NCBI GenBank assembly: GCA_963169755.1
Contig: CAUJFC010000220.1
Span: forward strand, 1-48,012
Direction of reading: 5' to 3'
DNA length: 48,012 nucleotides
Source of the DNA: Actinomycetota bacterium
Lineage (GTDB): Bacteria; Actinomycetota; Acidimicrobiia; Acidimicrobiales; Iamiaceae
A program made the position numbers and the translations under genes. Shown here one piece after another: positions 19,638 to 28,897 of this stretch (position 1 is its first letter; the number at the start of each line of letters is the position of its first letter). The notes under the pieces were generated by a model that saw only the letters and a program-made list of their open reading frames with translations, did no database searches and was not told where the DNA came from.

Positions 19638-19731
19638 CGACCAGGCGGGCACGGCATCGCTGAACCGAGGCGAAGCCGAGTTCTGGCCAGCCTCGCTGCC
19701 TGGGCCATTGGGGAGCTGCCCGCCTTGGTCG
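19638..19731. repeat. Structured intergenic repeat, copy A
   Basis: Terminal inverted arms 19638-19651/19717-19731; 19638-19699 matches the reverse complement of 46589-46650 at 50/62 nt with a 20-nt exact core. Confidence 0.8.
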
Positions 19732-19746
19732 CTACCGTCGTCTCTG

Positions 19747-20259
19747 ATGGCTGAATCCGACGATGATGTTCGTGACGAGCTCCCCGAGGACCTCCAACCG
19801 TCGGTCTTCGTCGGCCCCTACGTCTTCCCCAACAACAACCGTCGCCGGGTACCCGGGTATCTGTATCTCGGGCTAGGGCTGGCCCTCATTGCCCTGAAGC
19901 TGGTGACCGGAGCTGACGCGGTCCTGGTCAATGCCGGTTTCCTCTGGGGTGGGATCGCTCTGGTGGCGGTGGGCGCATACCACCTGGTCGTGGGATGGGA
20001 CCTCGACGTCGACGAGAGTGACGCACTGGTGGCTGCCGCTGTACGAGTGGGGTTTCCAGTGGGTCACGCTTCGGCTCAGCTCGGCTGGAGAGGTTGGCTG
20101 AGTCGTCCCACCTGGCGGGTGCTGCTGTACTCCGCTGAGAACCCTCCCACCCGTCGAGGGCTGATCCTGGTGGATGGCGTGAACGGCGAGATAGTCGACT
20201 GGTTCACCGAGGAGAATCCCGAGGACTGGTCAGACCTGGACGGCGATCTCACGGCTTGA
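19747..20259 (+). CDS. Hypothetical membrane protein (2 TM, PepSY-like C-terminus)
   Basis: Acidic termini, two hydrophobic segments, PTWRVLLYS...ILVDGVNGEIV ending. Confidence 0.7.
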   Translation: MAESDDDVRDELPEDLQPSVFVGPYVFPNNNRRRVPGYLYLGLGLALIALKLVTGADAVLVNAGFLWGGIALVAVGAYHLVVGWDLDVDESDALVAAAVRVGFPVGHASAQLGWRGWLSRPTWRVLLYSAENPPTRRGLILVDGVNGEIVDWFTEENPEDWSDLDGDLTA

Positions 20260-20399
20260 CGATGGGCGCCCCTCGTGGCGTCACGTTGGTTCTCGGTCGA
20301 AATGACACCCTCTACCTCCTGTTGCTTGGTAGAACCTGGTCACACGACGCGAGAGATGCTAACTTCTGCAAGCAGTTCGCCTCCCTCCTAGGAGACCCA

Positions 20400-21110
20400 A
20401 TGTTCGACGGCCATTTCCGAGCTGACGCCGAACGAACCCTCAAGCCCGTTGGCCAACAGCTCCAGCGAACCGGCGTGAGAGCCGATCACCTGACCCTCCT
20501 CGGAGTTGCAATGGCCCTAGGTGCCGCCATTGCGATCGGCGCCGGAGCTCTGCGGCTCGGGCTTCTGCTGCTCGTCCTGACCGCCTTACCCGATGTGCTC
20601 GATGGTGCCGTTGCCAAGGCATCGGGCACCGCATCACCAAGAGGTGCCTTCTTCGACTCGGTTGCCGACCGATTCACCGATGCCCTTCTGTTCATGGGTG
20701 TGGCATGGCACCTGTCAGCAGACCACGGTGGGCGCATAACCCTGCTGCCCATGGCGGTGATGGGCCTGTCGATGCTGATCTCCTACGAGCGCGCAAAGGC
20801 CGAATCTCTCGGGTATGAAGCCAAGGGCGGACTCATGGAGCGGGCCGAACGGATCATCGTTCTCGCTCTGGGTCTGCTGTTCAGCCAGTTCCTCATTCCG
20901 GTGCTTTGGTTGATGCTCGTCGGTACCGCGATCACCGCGGTCACCCGATTCATGAAGGTTTGGGAACAGGCCACCGACTCTGTTCCGCTGCTGGCCAATC
21001 GTTCCGCCGAGCGTCAGCGGGCCCGGGCCCGAAGTCGCCAGGATCGGCGGGTGGCTCGCTCCACGACGCGCCAAGTTCGCCGCCGCACCCAGTTGCGGCC
21101 ACCTCGCTGA
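20400..21110 (+). CDS. pgsA: CDP-alcohol phosphatidyltransferase (phosphatidylinositol phosphate synthase)
   Basis: DVLDGAVAK...GAFFDSVADR signature, GLMERAER; GGAG RBS; PIM cluster context. Confidence 0.9.
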   Translation: MFDGHFRADAERTLKPVGQQLQRTGVRADHLTLLGVAMALGAAIAIGAGALRLGLLLLVLTALPDVLDGAVAKASGTASPRGAFFDSVADRFTDALLFMGVAWHLSADHGGRITLLPMAVMGLSMLISYERAKAESLGYEAKGGLMERAERIIVLALGLLFSQFLIPVLWLMLVGTAITAVTRFMKVWEQATDSVPLLANRSAERQRARARSRQDRRVARSTTRQVRRRTQLRPPR

Positions 21111-21116
21111 CGTTCC

Positions 21117-22010
21117 TTGACGCCACCTCCTACCTATGTCGCGTACCGCGCCGGGAGCGCGGTTGCGAGGGCGCTACCGGCGGGGGCGGTACAGCCGTTC
21201 GCCAGGACGGTTGGAAGAGTGGCCGCGGTCGCAATGGGCGACCGCCGCCGGATGGTCGAGCGGCATCAGCTTCGCGTCCGACCAAACCTCAACGAAGTCG
21301 AGTTGAAGGAGGCCGTTTGCTCGACCTTCGCCCACTACACGCACTACTGGCTGGAATCGTTCCGTCTCCCCGGGACACCACCCGAAGTGCTGGATCGGGG
21401 ATTGCGAACCGAGGGATTCCACCACATCCCCGAGGCTTTGGAAGGCGGACAAGGCTGCATCCTGGCCATGCCTCACCTGGGAGCGTGGGAATGGTCGGCC
21501 TTCTGGCTGACCTCGTTCCACCACATTCCGGTGTCGGCGGTAGTTGAAGCCGTTGATCCCCCTGAGTTGGCTGCCTGGTTCGTGGGATTGCGCAGCCGAC
21601 TCGGCATGGAGGTTCTGCCTCTCGACTCCCGGGCCGGCACTGCTTCAGCACGCGCCTTGAAGGGCAACCGGGTGCTCGCTCTGTTGTGTGACCGTGACGT
21701 CGCTGGCGGGGGAGTGGAGGTCGAGTTCTTCGGCGAACGGACGACCCTGCCGGCAGGACCGGCGACGCTGGCTCTACGTTCGGGGGCTCCGATCATCCCG
21801 GCCACCACGTACTTCGTCGCCGATGGCCATCATGGAGTGGCGCGCCCACCCATCGACACCAGCCGGCAGGGCAAACTGCGCGACGACGTGGCGCGCATCA
21901 CCCAGGCAATTGCTCATGAGTTCGAAGCGATGATCAGAGTTGCCCCAGAGCAGTGGCACCTACTTCAGCCGAACTGGCCCAGCGACAGACCCGCTGAGTC
22001 GACCTCATGA
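21117..22010 (+). CDS. patA: Phosphatidylinositol mannoside acyltransferase
   Basis: PHLGAWE, LLCDRD, VEFFG, PEQWHLLQPNW; lies between pgsA and pimA. Confidence 0.88.
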   Translation: MTPPPTYVAYRAGSAVARALPAGAVQPFARTVGRVAAVAMGDRRRMVERHQLRVRPNLNEVELKEAVCSTFAHYTHYWLESFRLPGTPPEVLDRGLRTEGFHHIPEALEGGQGCILAMPHLGAWEWSAFWLTSFHHIPVSAVVEAVDPPELAAWFVGLRSRLGMEVLPLDSRAGTASARALKGNRVLALLCDRDVAGGGVEVEFFGERTTLPAGPATLALRSGAPIIPATTYFVADGHHGVARPPIDTSRQGKLRDDVARITQAIAHEFEAMIRVAPEQWHLLQPNWPSDRPAESTS

Positions 22011-23185
22011 GAATCGGGATCGTCTGCCCGTACAGCATCACCGTTCCTGGCGGCGTGCAAGAGCAGGTCCTGGGCCTGGCCCGGTCACTCAGGGCCTCGG
22101 GGCACAGTGCTCGGGTGCTGGCTCCTTCGGATGGGCCCCCACCAGACGGGTGGGTCACACCACTGGGCAACTCGGTTCCAACGGCTGCTAATGGCTCGGT
22201 GGCCCCGATCGCACCGGACCCATCAGCTCAACTTCGCCTCATCAGGGCGGTCAGGGACGAGGACTTCGACGTTCTGCACGTTCACGAACCCATGGTTCCC
22301 GGTCCGTCGATGACAACCTGTCTCATCAAACCGGCCCCGATCGTCGCCACCTTTCACGCCGCCGGCAACCACGCCTCATACCGCTACCTGAACCCGGCCC
22401 TCCGATGGCTGGCCGACCGGATCGATGTCCGAGTCGCGGTGTCGGCCGAGGCCGAATCACTGGCCGTGACCCATCTGGGCGGTAACTACGAGCGGCTGTT
22501 CAACGGCATCGAGGTTCACCGCTTCACGTCCGTCGATCCATGGCCGACAGTCGGTCCGACGGTGTTCTTCCTCGGCCGCCACGAGGAGCGGAAGGGGCTG
22601 GAAGTCCTGTTGGCCGCACTTCCCAGCCTCCCCACCGACATTCGGGTGTGGATCGGGTCCGATGGCCCCGATACTGAACGGCTCAAGGTCACCCACGCCG
22701 GCGATCCCCGCCTGGAGTGGTTGGGCCGGCTCACCGACGAGGAGAAGCGCCGGCGTCTGGCAGCAGCTGACATCTTCTGTGCCCCCTCCTTGCACGGAGA
22801 ATCGTTCGGCGTGGTTCTGCTCGAAGCAATGGCAGCAGGAGCCGCCATCGTGGCGTCGAACCTCAGCGGATACCGGCTGGTAGCCCGACCGGACAAGGAC
22901 GCTCTGTTGGTGGATCCGGGTGATGTGTCGGCCTTAGCGACGGCACTCAACCGGGTATTGAGCGATGAGCACCTCAGGGACCGGCTGGTGGCCTCGGGCC
23001 GGACTCGAGCCGATTCATTCTCCATGTCGACGCTCGCCGACCGTTACGTGGACCTCTACCGGACAGTCACACTCCCTCGGCCTCCCAGTCGGGGCTGGAA
23101 GGTAGGTCGAACGGGCCGCTCAACTCGCTGGAGCCCCACTTGGGTACCCGGTTCCGGCCGCTCAGATCTCGCCTCAGGGCGCTGA
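22007..23185 (+). CDS. pimA: GDP-mannose phosphatidylinositol mannosyltransferase (GT4)
   Basis: MRIGIVCPYS...PGGVQ, DVLHVHEP, RKG, GESFGVVLLEAMAAG. Confidence 0.9.
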   Translation: MRIGIVCPYSITVPGGVQEQVLGLARSLRASGHSARVLAPSDGPPPDGWVTPLGNSVPTAANGSVAPIAPDPSAQLRLIRAVRDEDFDVLHVHEPMVPGPSMTTCLIKPAPIVATFHAAGNHASYRYLNPALRWLADRIDVRVAVSAEAESLAVTHLGGNYERLFNGIEVHRFTSVDPWPTVGPTVFFLGRHEERKGLEVLLAALPSLPTDIRVWIGSDGPDTERLKVTHAGDPRLEWLGRLTDEEKRRRLAAADIFCAPSLHGESFGVVLLEAMAAGAAIVASNLSGYRLVARPDKDALLVDPGDVSALATALNRVLSDEHLRDRLVASGRTRADSFSMSTLADRYVDLYRTVTLPRPPSRGWKVGRTGRSTRWSPTWVPGSGRSDLASGR

Positions 23186-23301
23186 TCGCCACCTGAGACA
23201 CCGACGCCAGACTGTGCGATCCATAGAGTGGTTCATCGTCGTCGAGTAATGACGATTCCAACTGGCCAGTTCTGAGCCCCGGTCGAACAGGAGCTGATTC
23301 T

Positions 23302-23850
23302 TTGCCAATAGTGATCGTCGCCGCAGTGATCGTGGTCCTCCTACTCGGAGTGGACCTGTTCGTTTATCGCGGGCTGCACGGCGTGAGGCGCGCCGTCATC
23401 GAGGCCTGGACCGCTCTCGAGCAGACGCTGACTCATCGAGCCGACGCCATATCGGCTCTGCACGATTCAGCGACCGCCTACATCCCCCATGAAGATCAGC
23501 TGGTTCAGTCGGTCGCCGCCGCCCTCCAAACAGCGCGCACCGCAGGCACTCCACCGCGCCGGGCCAAGGCCGAAGAAGAGTTGAGTTCCGCAGCCAAGGC
23601 GCTGACGGCCCTGGTAACCACCCATCCCGACCTTCAGGCCAATGACTCTGTCGCCAGCACAATGTTCGACATTGCCAAGGCCGACCGTGAGCTGGGCGAG
23701 CTCAGCCAGCGGTACAACGAGATGGTCGACGCCTACAACTCCAGGATCGAGACCCCGCCGTGGTCCGCCATTGCTCGGGCGTTCAAGTTCACAGCGCGCG
23801 AGAGGTTCGACGCCTCCGACTACAACGACGAGAACGGGGCTCAGCCCTGA
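23302..23850 (+). CDS. LemA family protein (divergent)
   Basis: N-terminal TM, helical body, HPDLQAN, RYNEMVDAYNSRIETPP; AGGAG RBS before TTG. Confidence 0.8.
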   Translation: MPIVIVAAVIVVLLLGVDLFVYRGLHGVRRAVIEAWTALEQTLTHRADAISALHDSATAYIPHEDQLVQSVAAALQTARTAGTPPRRAKAEEELSSAAKALTALVTTHPDLQANDSVASTMFDIAKADRELGELSQRYNEMVDAYNSRIETPPWSAIARAFKFTARERFDASDYNDENGAQP

Positions 23851-23870
23851 GAACCCACGCGCCCTACTCC

Positions 23871-24779
23871 ATGGCCACCAAGGTGGTCGAGAACCGGCGG
23901 CGCCGAACCGCGCTCCTGGTCTTCTTCGGAACCATGACCTCGGTCCTGGCCTGGTTCGTCTTGGCCATGGCTGTCGGGGTGAGCGCGGGCCCAGTTCTGT
24001 TGGCCGTTGTCATCGGAGTTGGGTTGACCACCACCGCCTACCTGTCAGCAGACCGAGCGGTCCTGAGTCTGAGTAGAGCTGTTCCCGCCGACCCGACCAC
24101 CTATGCCCGGCTCCACAATCTGATCGACGGCATCTGCCTCTCGGCTGGTCTCTCCAAACCGTCGGTGTTCGTGATCGAGGACGACGCTCCCAATGCCCTC
24201 ACAGTGGGCAGAAGTATCGGCCACGCCTCGGTCGCAGTGACCACGGGACTGCTCTCAACACTCGACCGCATGGAGCTGGAAGCAGTCCTCGCCCACGAGC
24301 TCGCCCACGTCCGATCGGCCGATCTCCCCGTCGCCACCCTCGCCATCACTACCGTAGGGCTGCCAACCCTGGTGTCTGACCGACTGATCCAGCTGAAGTG
24401 GTGGAACGGCGGACGCCGTGGCCGCGAGGACCACGCCGAGGGCGCAAACCCCATGTTCGGAGCGCTGGGTACTGCGCTCTTGGTGTTCGGCCCCATCATC
24501 GCTCCGCTAATCCGGTGGGTCGTCGGCCCAGACCGGGTCACACGGGCCGATCTGATGGCGGTTGAGACCACTCGCTATCCACCGGGCCTCATCTCAGCCT
24601 TGGAGAAGCTCCGTTCGGACTCGACGGTCGTCAGCAGCGGAGCTCGCTGTACCGCTCATCTCTGGTTGGCAGTTCCGTTGGCGCGCACAGCAGATGAAGG
24701 CGAGCTGTCGACCTGGAACGAACGATTCGTCGACCACCCCGACCTCGACCAACGCATCGAGACGCTGCGAGAGCTTTGA
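23871..24779 (+). CDS. M48/HtpX-like membrane metalloprotease homolog
   Basis: ENRRRRT N-terminus, PNA, VTTGLL, ELEAVLAHELAH, HPDLDQRIETL; follows LemA. Confidence 0.82.
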   Translation: MATKVVENRRRRTALLVFFGTMTSVLAWFVLAMAVGVSAGPVLLAVVIGVGLTTTAYLSADRAVLSLSRAVPADPTTYARLHNLIDGICLSAGLSKPSVFVIEDDAPNALTVGRSIGHASVAVTTGLLSTLDRMELEAVLAHELAHVRSADLPVATLAITTVGLPTLVSDRLIQLKWWNGGRRGREDHAEGANPMFGALGTALLVFGPIIAPLIRWVVGPDRVTRADLMAVETTRYPPGLISALEKLRSDSTVVSSGARCTAHLWLAVPLARTADEGELSTWNERFVDHPDLDQRIETLREL

Positions 24780-24789
24780 GCAGTCCCTC

Positions 24790-25890
24790 ATGAACGCCCG
24801 CCGTCTACCGATCCCCAGACCTCTCCTGGTGGGCGGAGTGACGGCCGCGGCGGTACTGGTGCTCCTCGTGCTGGTGGTGAGCCTGGGCGGGTCGGACTCC
24901 AAGCCCGCACCCACCACCAGCACCGAAGCCGCCATCAGTACCCTGGCAACCTCCACCACTTCGGCCGCCCCTTCTGGTCCAGTGGCTCCCCTGACCGGCA
25001 GGCGCGTAGACGAGGTGGCCCTGATCGAGCGGCCAGCTCTGGCCGCGAAGATCGACAATTTCGACGTGGGCCGCATGACCGCCCTACCCCAGGCTGGTCT
25101 GAATCGGGCCGATGTGGTCTTCGAGGAGATAGTCGAGGCCAACATCACCCGACTGGTAGCGGTGTTCCACAGCCAGCAGCCGGGTCGGATCGGGCCGATC
25201 CGCTCGGCTCGTACGACCGATGTACACCTGCTTCCTCAACTGGGGCCAGTGCTTTTTGCCTGGTCCGGTGGAAACGACGGCGTGGTCGGAGCGGTCCGAG
25301 GGTCACCGTTCCTCGTCGACGTGGGACACGATGCCGCATCGTCGCTCTACTCACGAGAAGCCGGCCGGCGGGCACCCCACAACCTGTTCGTCGATGCCGA
25401 TGAGTTGTGGAAGGTCCGGCCCGAGACGATCGCGGCCCCCCGTCCACTCTTCAGGTTCCGCTCGGATGGGGATGGCCCCGCCGACACCGCGGAGCCGGCG
25501 GCCGGTGTCGACCTGGCATGGGGCGGCGGTCAAGAGTCAGCTCCAGTGTCGTGGATCTGGGATGCCCAGACCCGGCAGTACCTCCGACTCCAACGGGACA
25601 GACCTCATCTCGACGCCGATGGTCAGCAGGTCAGGGCAGACAACATCGTCGTGATGATCACCGATTACGGCACCAGCAGTGCAGACGTTCGATCACCCGA
25701 GGCCCGCACGGTGGGCGAGGGCGAACTCTTGGTGTTCACCGACGGATCGCTCGTTCGAGGACGCTGGACGAGACTGGCCGAAGATCAACCTGCAGCCCTG
25801 CACGACAGTCTCGGCAACCAGATCCTTCTGACCCCTGGTGTCACCTGGGTCGAGCTGCCTCGGGTCAGCGGCGCCACCGTTCGCGGCTGA
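24790..25890 (+). CDS. DUF3048 (YerB-like) membrane-anchored protein
   Basis: [49 protein letters not shown]. Confidence 0.82.
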   Translation: MNARRLPIPRPLLVGGVTAAAVLVLLVLVVSLGGSDSKPAPTTSTEAAISTLATSTTSAAPSGPVAPLTGRRVDEVALIERPALAAKIDNFDVGRMTALPQAGLNRADVVFEEIVEANITRLVAVFHSQQPGRIGPIRSARTTDVHLLPQLGPVLFAWSGGNDGVVGAVRGSPFLVDVGHDAASSLYSREAGRRAPHNLFVDADELWKVRPETIAAPRPLFRFRSDGDGPADTAEPAAGVDLAWGGGQESAPVSWIWDAQTRQYLRLQRDRPHLDADGQQVRADNIVVMITDYGTSSADVRSPEARTVGEGELLVFTDGSLVRGRWTRLAEDQPAALHDSLGNQILLTPGVTWVELPRVSGATVRG

Positions 25891-25949
25891 GAACGCGCGC
25901 CGCCTCAATCGGCTTCTGCATCGTGAGGGGTCATCCCTACACTGAGGGC

Positions 25950-26861
25950 ATGCCAGACGCCGTCCCTGTCTCCACCGACCCGAATCCCGAGACCGGAACC
26001 CAGCTGGTCAAGCGTGGGCTGGCCGAAATGCTCAAGGGCGGCGTGATCATGGATGTGGTCGATCCCGAGCAGGCCAAGATCGCCGAGGACGCCGGGGCGG
26101 TTGCCGTCATGGCTCTGGAACGGGTCCCCTCCGACATTCGCCGCGACGGCGGCGTGGCCCGGATGTCCGATCCCGAGATGATCGAAGGGATCAAGGCCGT
26201 CACCACCATTCCGGTCATGGCCAAGGCCCGGATCGGCCATTTCGTGGAAGCCCAGATCCTCGAGGCTCTCGGTGTGGACTACGTGGACGAGTCCGAGGTA
26301 CTCACCCCTGCCGATGAGGCCCACCACATTGACAAGTGGAAGTTCACTGTTCCGTTCGTGTGTGGAGCCACCAATCTCGGCGAAGCTCTGCGACGGATCA
26401 GCGAAGGGGCCTGCATGATCCGCTCCAAGGGCGAGGCCGGCACCGGCAACGTGGTGGAGGCCGTCCGTCACCTGCGGGCCATAACCGGAGACATCCGCAG
26501 GATCACCCAGGCCGACAGCGCCGAACTGTTCGACTGGGCCAAACAGCTTCAAGCGCCGCTCCCGCTCGTTCAGGAGATCCACCAGACCGGGCAACTCCCG
26601 GTACCACTGTTCTGCGCCGGCGGGCTCGCCATCCCGGCTGATGCCGCTCTGGCCATGCAACTTGGCGCTCAGGCGGTATTCGTCGGGTCGGGTATCTTCA
26701 AGTCCGACAACCCTTCAGCCCGCGCCAAGGCGATCGTCGAGGCCACCACCCATTTCAACGATCCCGGCATTCTGGCCAAGGTGAGCCGCGGGCTGGGTCC
26801 GGCAATGCCAGGTCTCGAGATCGGCTCGCTGGATCAGACGTTCGCCAACCGCGGCTGGTAA
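25950..26861 (+). CDS. pdxS: Pyridoxal 5'-phosphate synthase lyase subunit
   Basis: [46 protein letters not shown]. Confidence 0.97.
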   Translation: MPDAVPVSTDPNPETGTQLVKRGLAEMLKGGVIMDVVDPEQAKIAEDAGAVAVMALERVPSDIRRDGGVARMSDPEMIEGIKAVTTIPVMAKARIGHFVEAQILEALGVDYVDESEVLTPADEAHHIDKWKFTVPFVCGATNLGEALRRISEGACMIRSKGEAGTGNVVEAVRHLRAITGDIRRITQADSAELFDWAKQLQAPLPLVQEIHQTGQLPVPLFCAGGLAIPADAALAMQLGAQAVFVGSGIFKSDNPSARAKAIVEATTHFNDPGILAKVSRGLGPAMPGLEIGSLDQTFANRGW

Positions 26862-26930
26862 TCCCGGTGACTGGTACGTGCACTTCTTCCGGCGGCCCCC
26901 GGTCGTCGGAACCTCCCGGATTCGGCACCG

Positions 26931-27503
26931 ATGAAGATCGGACTACTTGCTCTTCAGGGAGCCGTCGGCCCCCACGCTGAGATTCTGGCGTCGATTGGCG
27001 CAACCACCGTCGAGATCCGTCGCCCCGCCGAACTCGATGACGTGGACGCCTTGGTCATCCCCGGCGGAGAGTCCACCACCATGGCGCGCCTGTTGGTCAC
27101 CTCGGGCCTGTTCGACCCGTTGATCGAGCGGCTCGCTTCCGGCATGTGTGCCATGGGCACCTGCGCCGGGATGATCATGCTGGCTTCGACCGTTCTTGAC
27201 GGCCGCCCCGACCAGCGCAGCCTCGCGGCCATCGACATAGGAGTGCGTCGCAATGCCTTCGGCCGTCAGATCGACTCGTTCGAATGTCCCCTTGAGGTGA
27301 GCGGTCTCACCGGAACCTTCCCAGGGGTGTTCATCCGGGCACCGTTCGTGGAGGAAGTGGGCTCCGGGGTATCGGTTGGCGCCACCGTCGAGGATCATCC
27401 GGTTCTGTGCAGCACTGAACAGATACTGGTCACGGCCTTCCACCCTGAACTGACCGACGACCAGCGAGTTCATCGGATGTTCCTCGAGATGGTCGAACAA
27501 TGA
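26931..27503 (+). CDS. pdxT: Pyridoxal 5'-phosphate synthase glutaminase subunit
   Basis: LALQGA, PGGESTT, GTCAG, RNAFGRQ, FHPEL. Confidence 0.96.
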   Translation: MKIGLLALQGAVGPHAEILASIGATTVEIRRPAELDDVDALVIPGGESTTMARLLVTSGLFDPLIERLASGMCAMGTCAGMIMLASTVLDGRPDQRSLAAIDIGVRRNAFGRQIDSFECPLEVSGLTGTFPGVFIRAPFVEEVGSGVSVGATVEDHPVLCSTEQILVTAFHPELTDDQRVHRMFLEMVEQ

Positions 27504-27636
27504 GGAGCCACCAGCTTGCACCTCGCCGGTCGAGCAGAACCGGCCCAGCTTCTATCGTCGAGGCGGCATCACCCCACCAGCCAGCCACCGATCGCCAAAA
27601 AGTGTCGCCACACAGTCACGTCATCGAGGAGGATCA

Positions 27637-28383
27637 ATGTCCGGTCATTCCAAATGGGCCACCATCAAGCACAAGAAGGGTGCAACCGACGCCAAGCGGG
27701 CCAAGGTTTTCGCCAAGCTGATCCGCCAGGTCGAGGTGGCCGCCCGCGAAGGTGGACCGGATCCGGAGATGAACCCGTCTCTGCGGACCATGTTCCAAAA
27801 GGCCAGGGATCAGTCGGTACCCCTCGACACCATCGAGAAGGCCATCAAGCGCGGTTCGGGTCAACTCGAAGGCGTCGCCTACGAATCGATCACCTATGAG
27901 GGATACGCACCGGGCGGGGTGGCGTTGCTGGTCGAAGTACTCACCGATAACCGCAACCGCAGCGGCTCCGACGTCCGGGCCGTGTTCACCAAGAGGGGTG
28001 GCTCGGTAGCCGAGCCCGGCGCGGTTGCCTGGCAGTTCGACCGCAAGGGAACCATGCTCGTCGACGGCAGCGTCGAAGAAGACGAACTGATGCTGGCCGC
28101 CATCGATGCCGGCGCAGAGGACATCTTGCGTGAGGGCGACCACTGGCGGGTCACAACTGGTCCCACCGATCTGCACGCCGTGCGAACCGCGGTCGAAGCT
28201 GCTGGTCACACAGTCAGCGATGCCGACCTCACGATGGTGGCCCAGAACCTGGTGACCCTCGGTGACAAGTCAGCGGCCAAGAAGGTTCTGGACCTGGTTG
28301 ACGCCCTCGACGACCTCGATGACGTTCAGGCGGTGCACGGGAACTTCGACATTCCCGACGCGGTCCTCGCCGAACTCGAGTGA
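27637..28383 (+). CDS. yebC: YebC/PmpR family protein
   Basis: MSGHSKWATIKHKKG, YEGYAPGGVA, TDNRNR, DDVQAV. Confidence 0.96.
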   Translation: MSGHSKWATIKHKKGATDAKRAKVFAKLIRQVEVAAREGGPDPEMNPSLRTMFQKARDQSVPLDTIEKAIKRGSGQLEGVAYESITYEGYAPGGVALLVEVLTDNRNRSGSDVRAVFTKRGGSVAEPGAVAWQFDRKGTMLVDGSVEEDELMLAAIDAGAEDILREGDHWRVTTGPTDLHAVRTAVEAAGHTVSDADLTMVAQNLVTLGDKSAAKKVLDLVDALDDLDDVQAVHGNFDIPDAVLAELE

Positions 28384-28432
28384 GTCCAACCCCAGGATCT
28401 GAAAGCCGGAGTCAATCGCTATCGTGCATCCG

Positions 28433-28897
28433 ATGGCAGTGACAGTCGGAGACCCTGCACCGCAGTTCGACCTCCCTGGCGTGTGCGACGGTGTCCGCGG
28501 CCGATACCGGCTCGATGACTTCATCGGCAAGCTGCTGGTGTTGGCCTTCTATCCCGGTGACAACACCCCGGTCTGCACCCGACAACTCAACGCCTACAGC
28601 GATGACCTCGCCCAGTTCGCCGCTCTCGATGCGCTGGTGCTTGCCATCAGTCCTCAAGGTCTGGACAGCCATGAGAGCTTCTCTATCGACCAAGGAGGCT
28701 TCGGCTTTCCGCTCCTCGCTGACGAGGACAAAGAGATGGCAGCGGCCTTCGGGGTTCTGGGGCCTCTCGGCTTCTACCGGCGCAGCGTGTTCATAGCTGA
28801 CCGATCTGGAACCTTGGCCTATGTGCATCGCGGCTTCGCTGGTGCCACATTCCGTCGCACCTCGGAACTGACCGAAGTACTACGCGGTCTGAACTAA
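28433..28897 (+). CDS. Peroxiredoxin (BCP/AhpE-like)
   Basis: GDPAPQFDL, FYPGDNTPVCTRQL peroxidatic motif, FPLLAD, RSVF. Confidence 0.88.
   Translation: MAVTVGDPAPQFDLPGVCDGVRGRYRLDDFIGKLLVLAFYPGDNTPVCTRQLNAYSDDLAQFAALDALVLAISPQGLDSHESFSIDQGGFGFPLLADEDKEMAAAFGVLGPLGFYRRSVFIADRSGTLAYVHRGFAGATFRRTSELTEVLRGLN

Noticed and set aside
25407-25949. Apparent long N-terminal fusion on PdxS
   Set aside because: Overlaps the DUF3048 gene in another frame; a chance open frame in GC-rich DNA; the TACACT-N6-ATG start at 25950 fits better.
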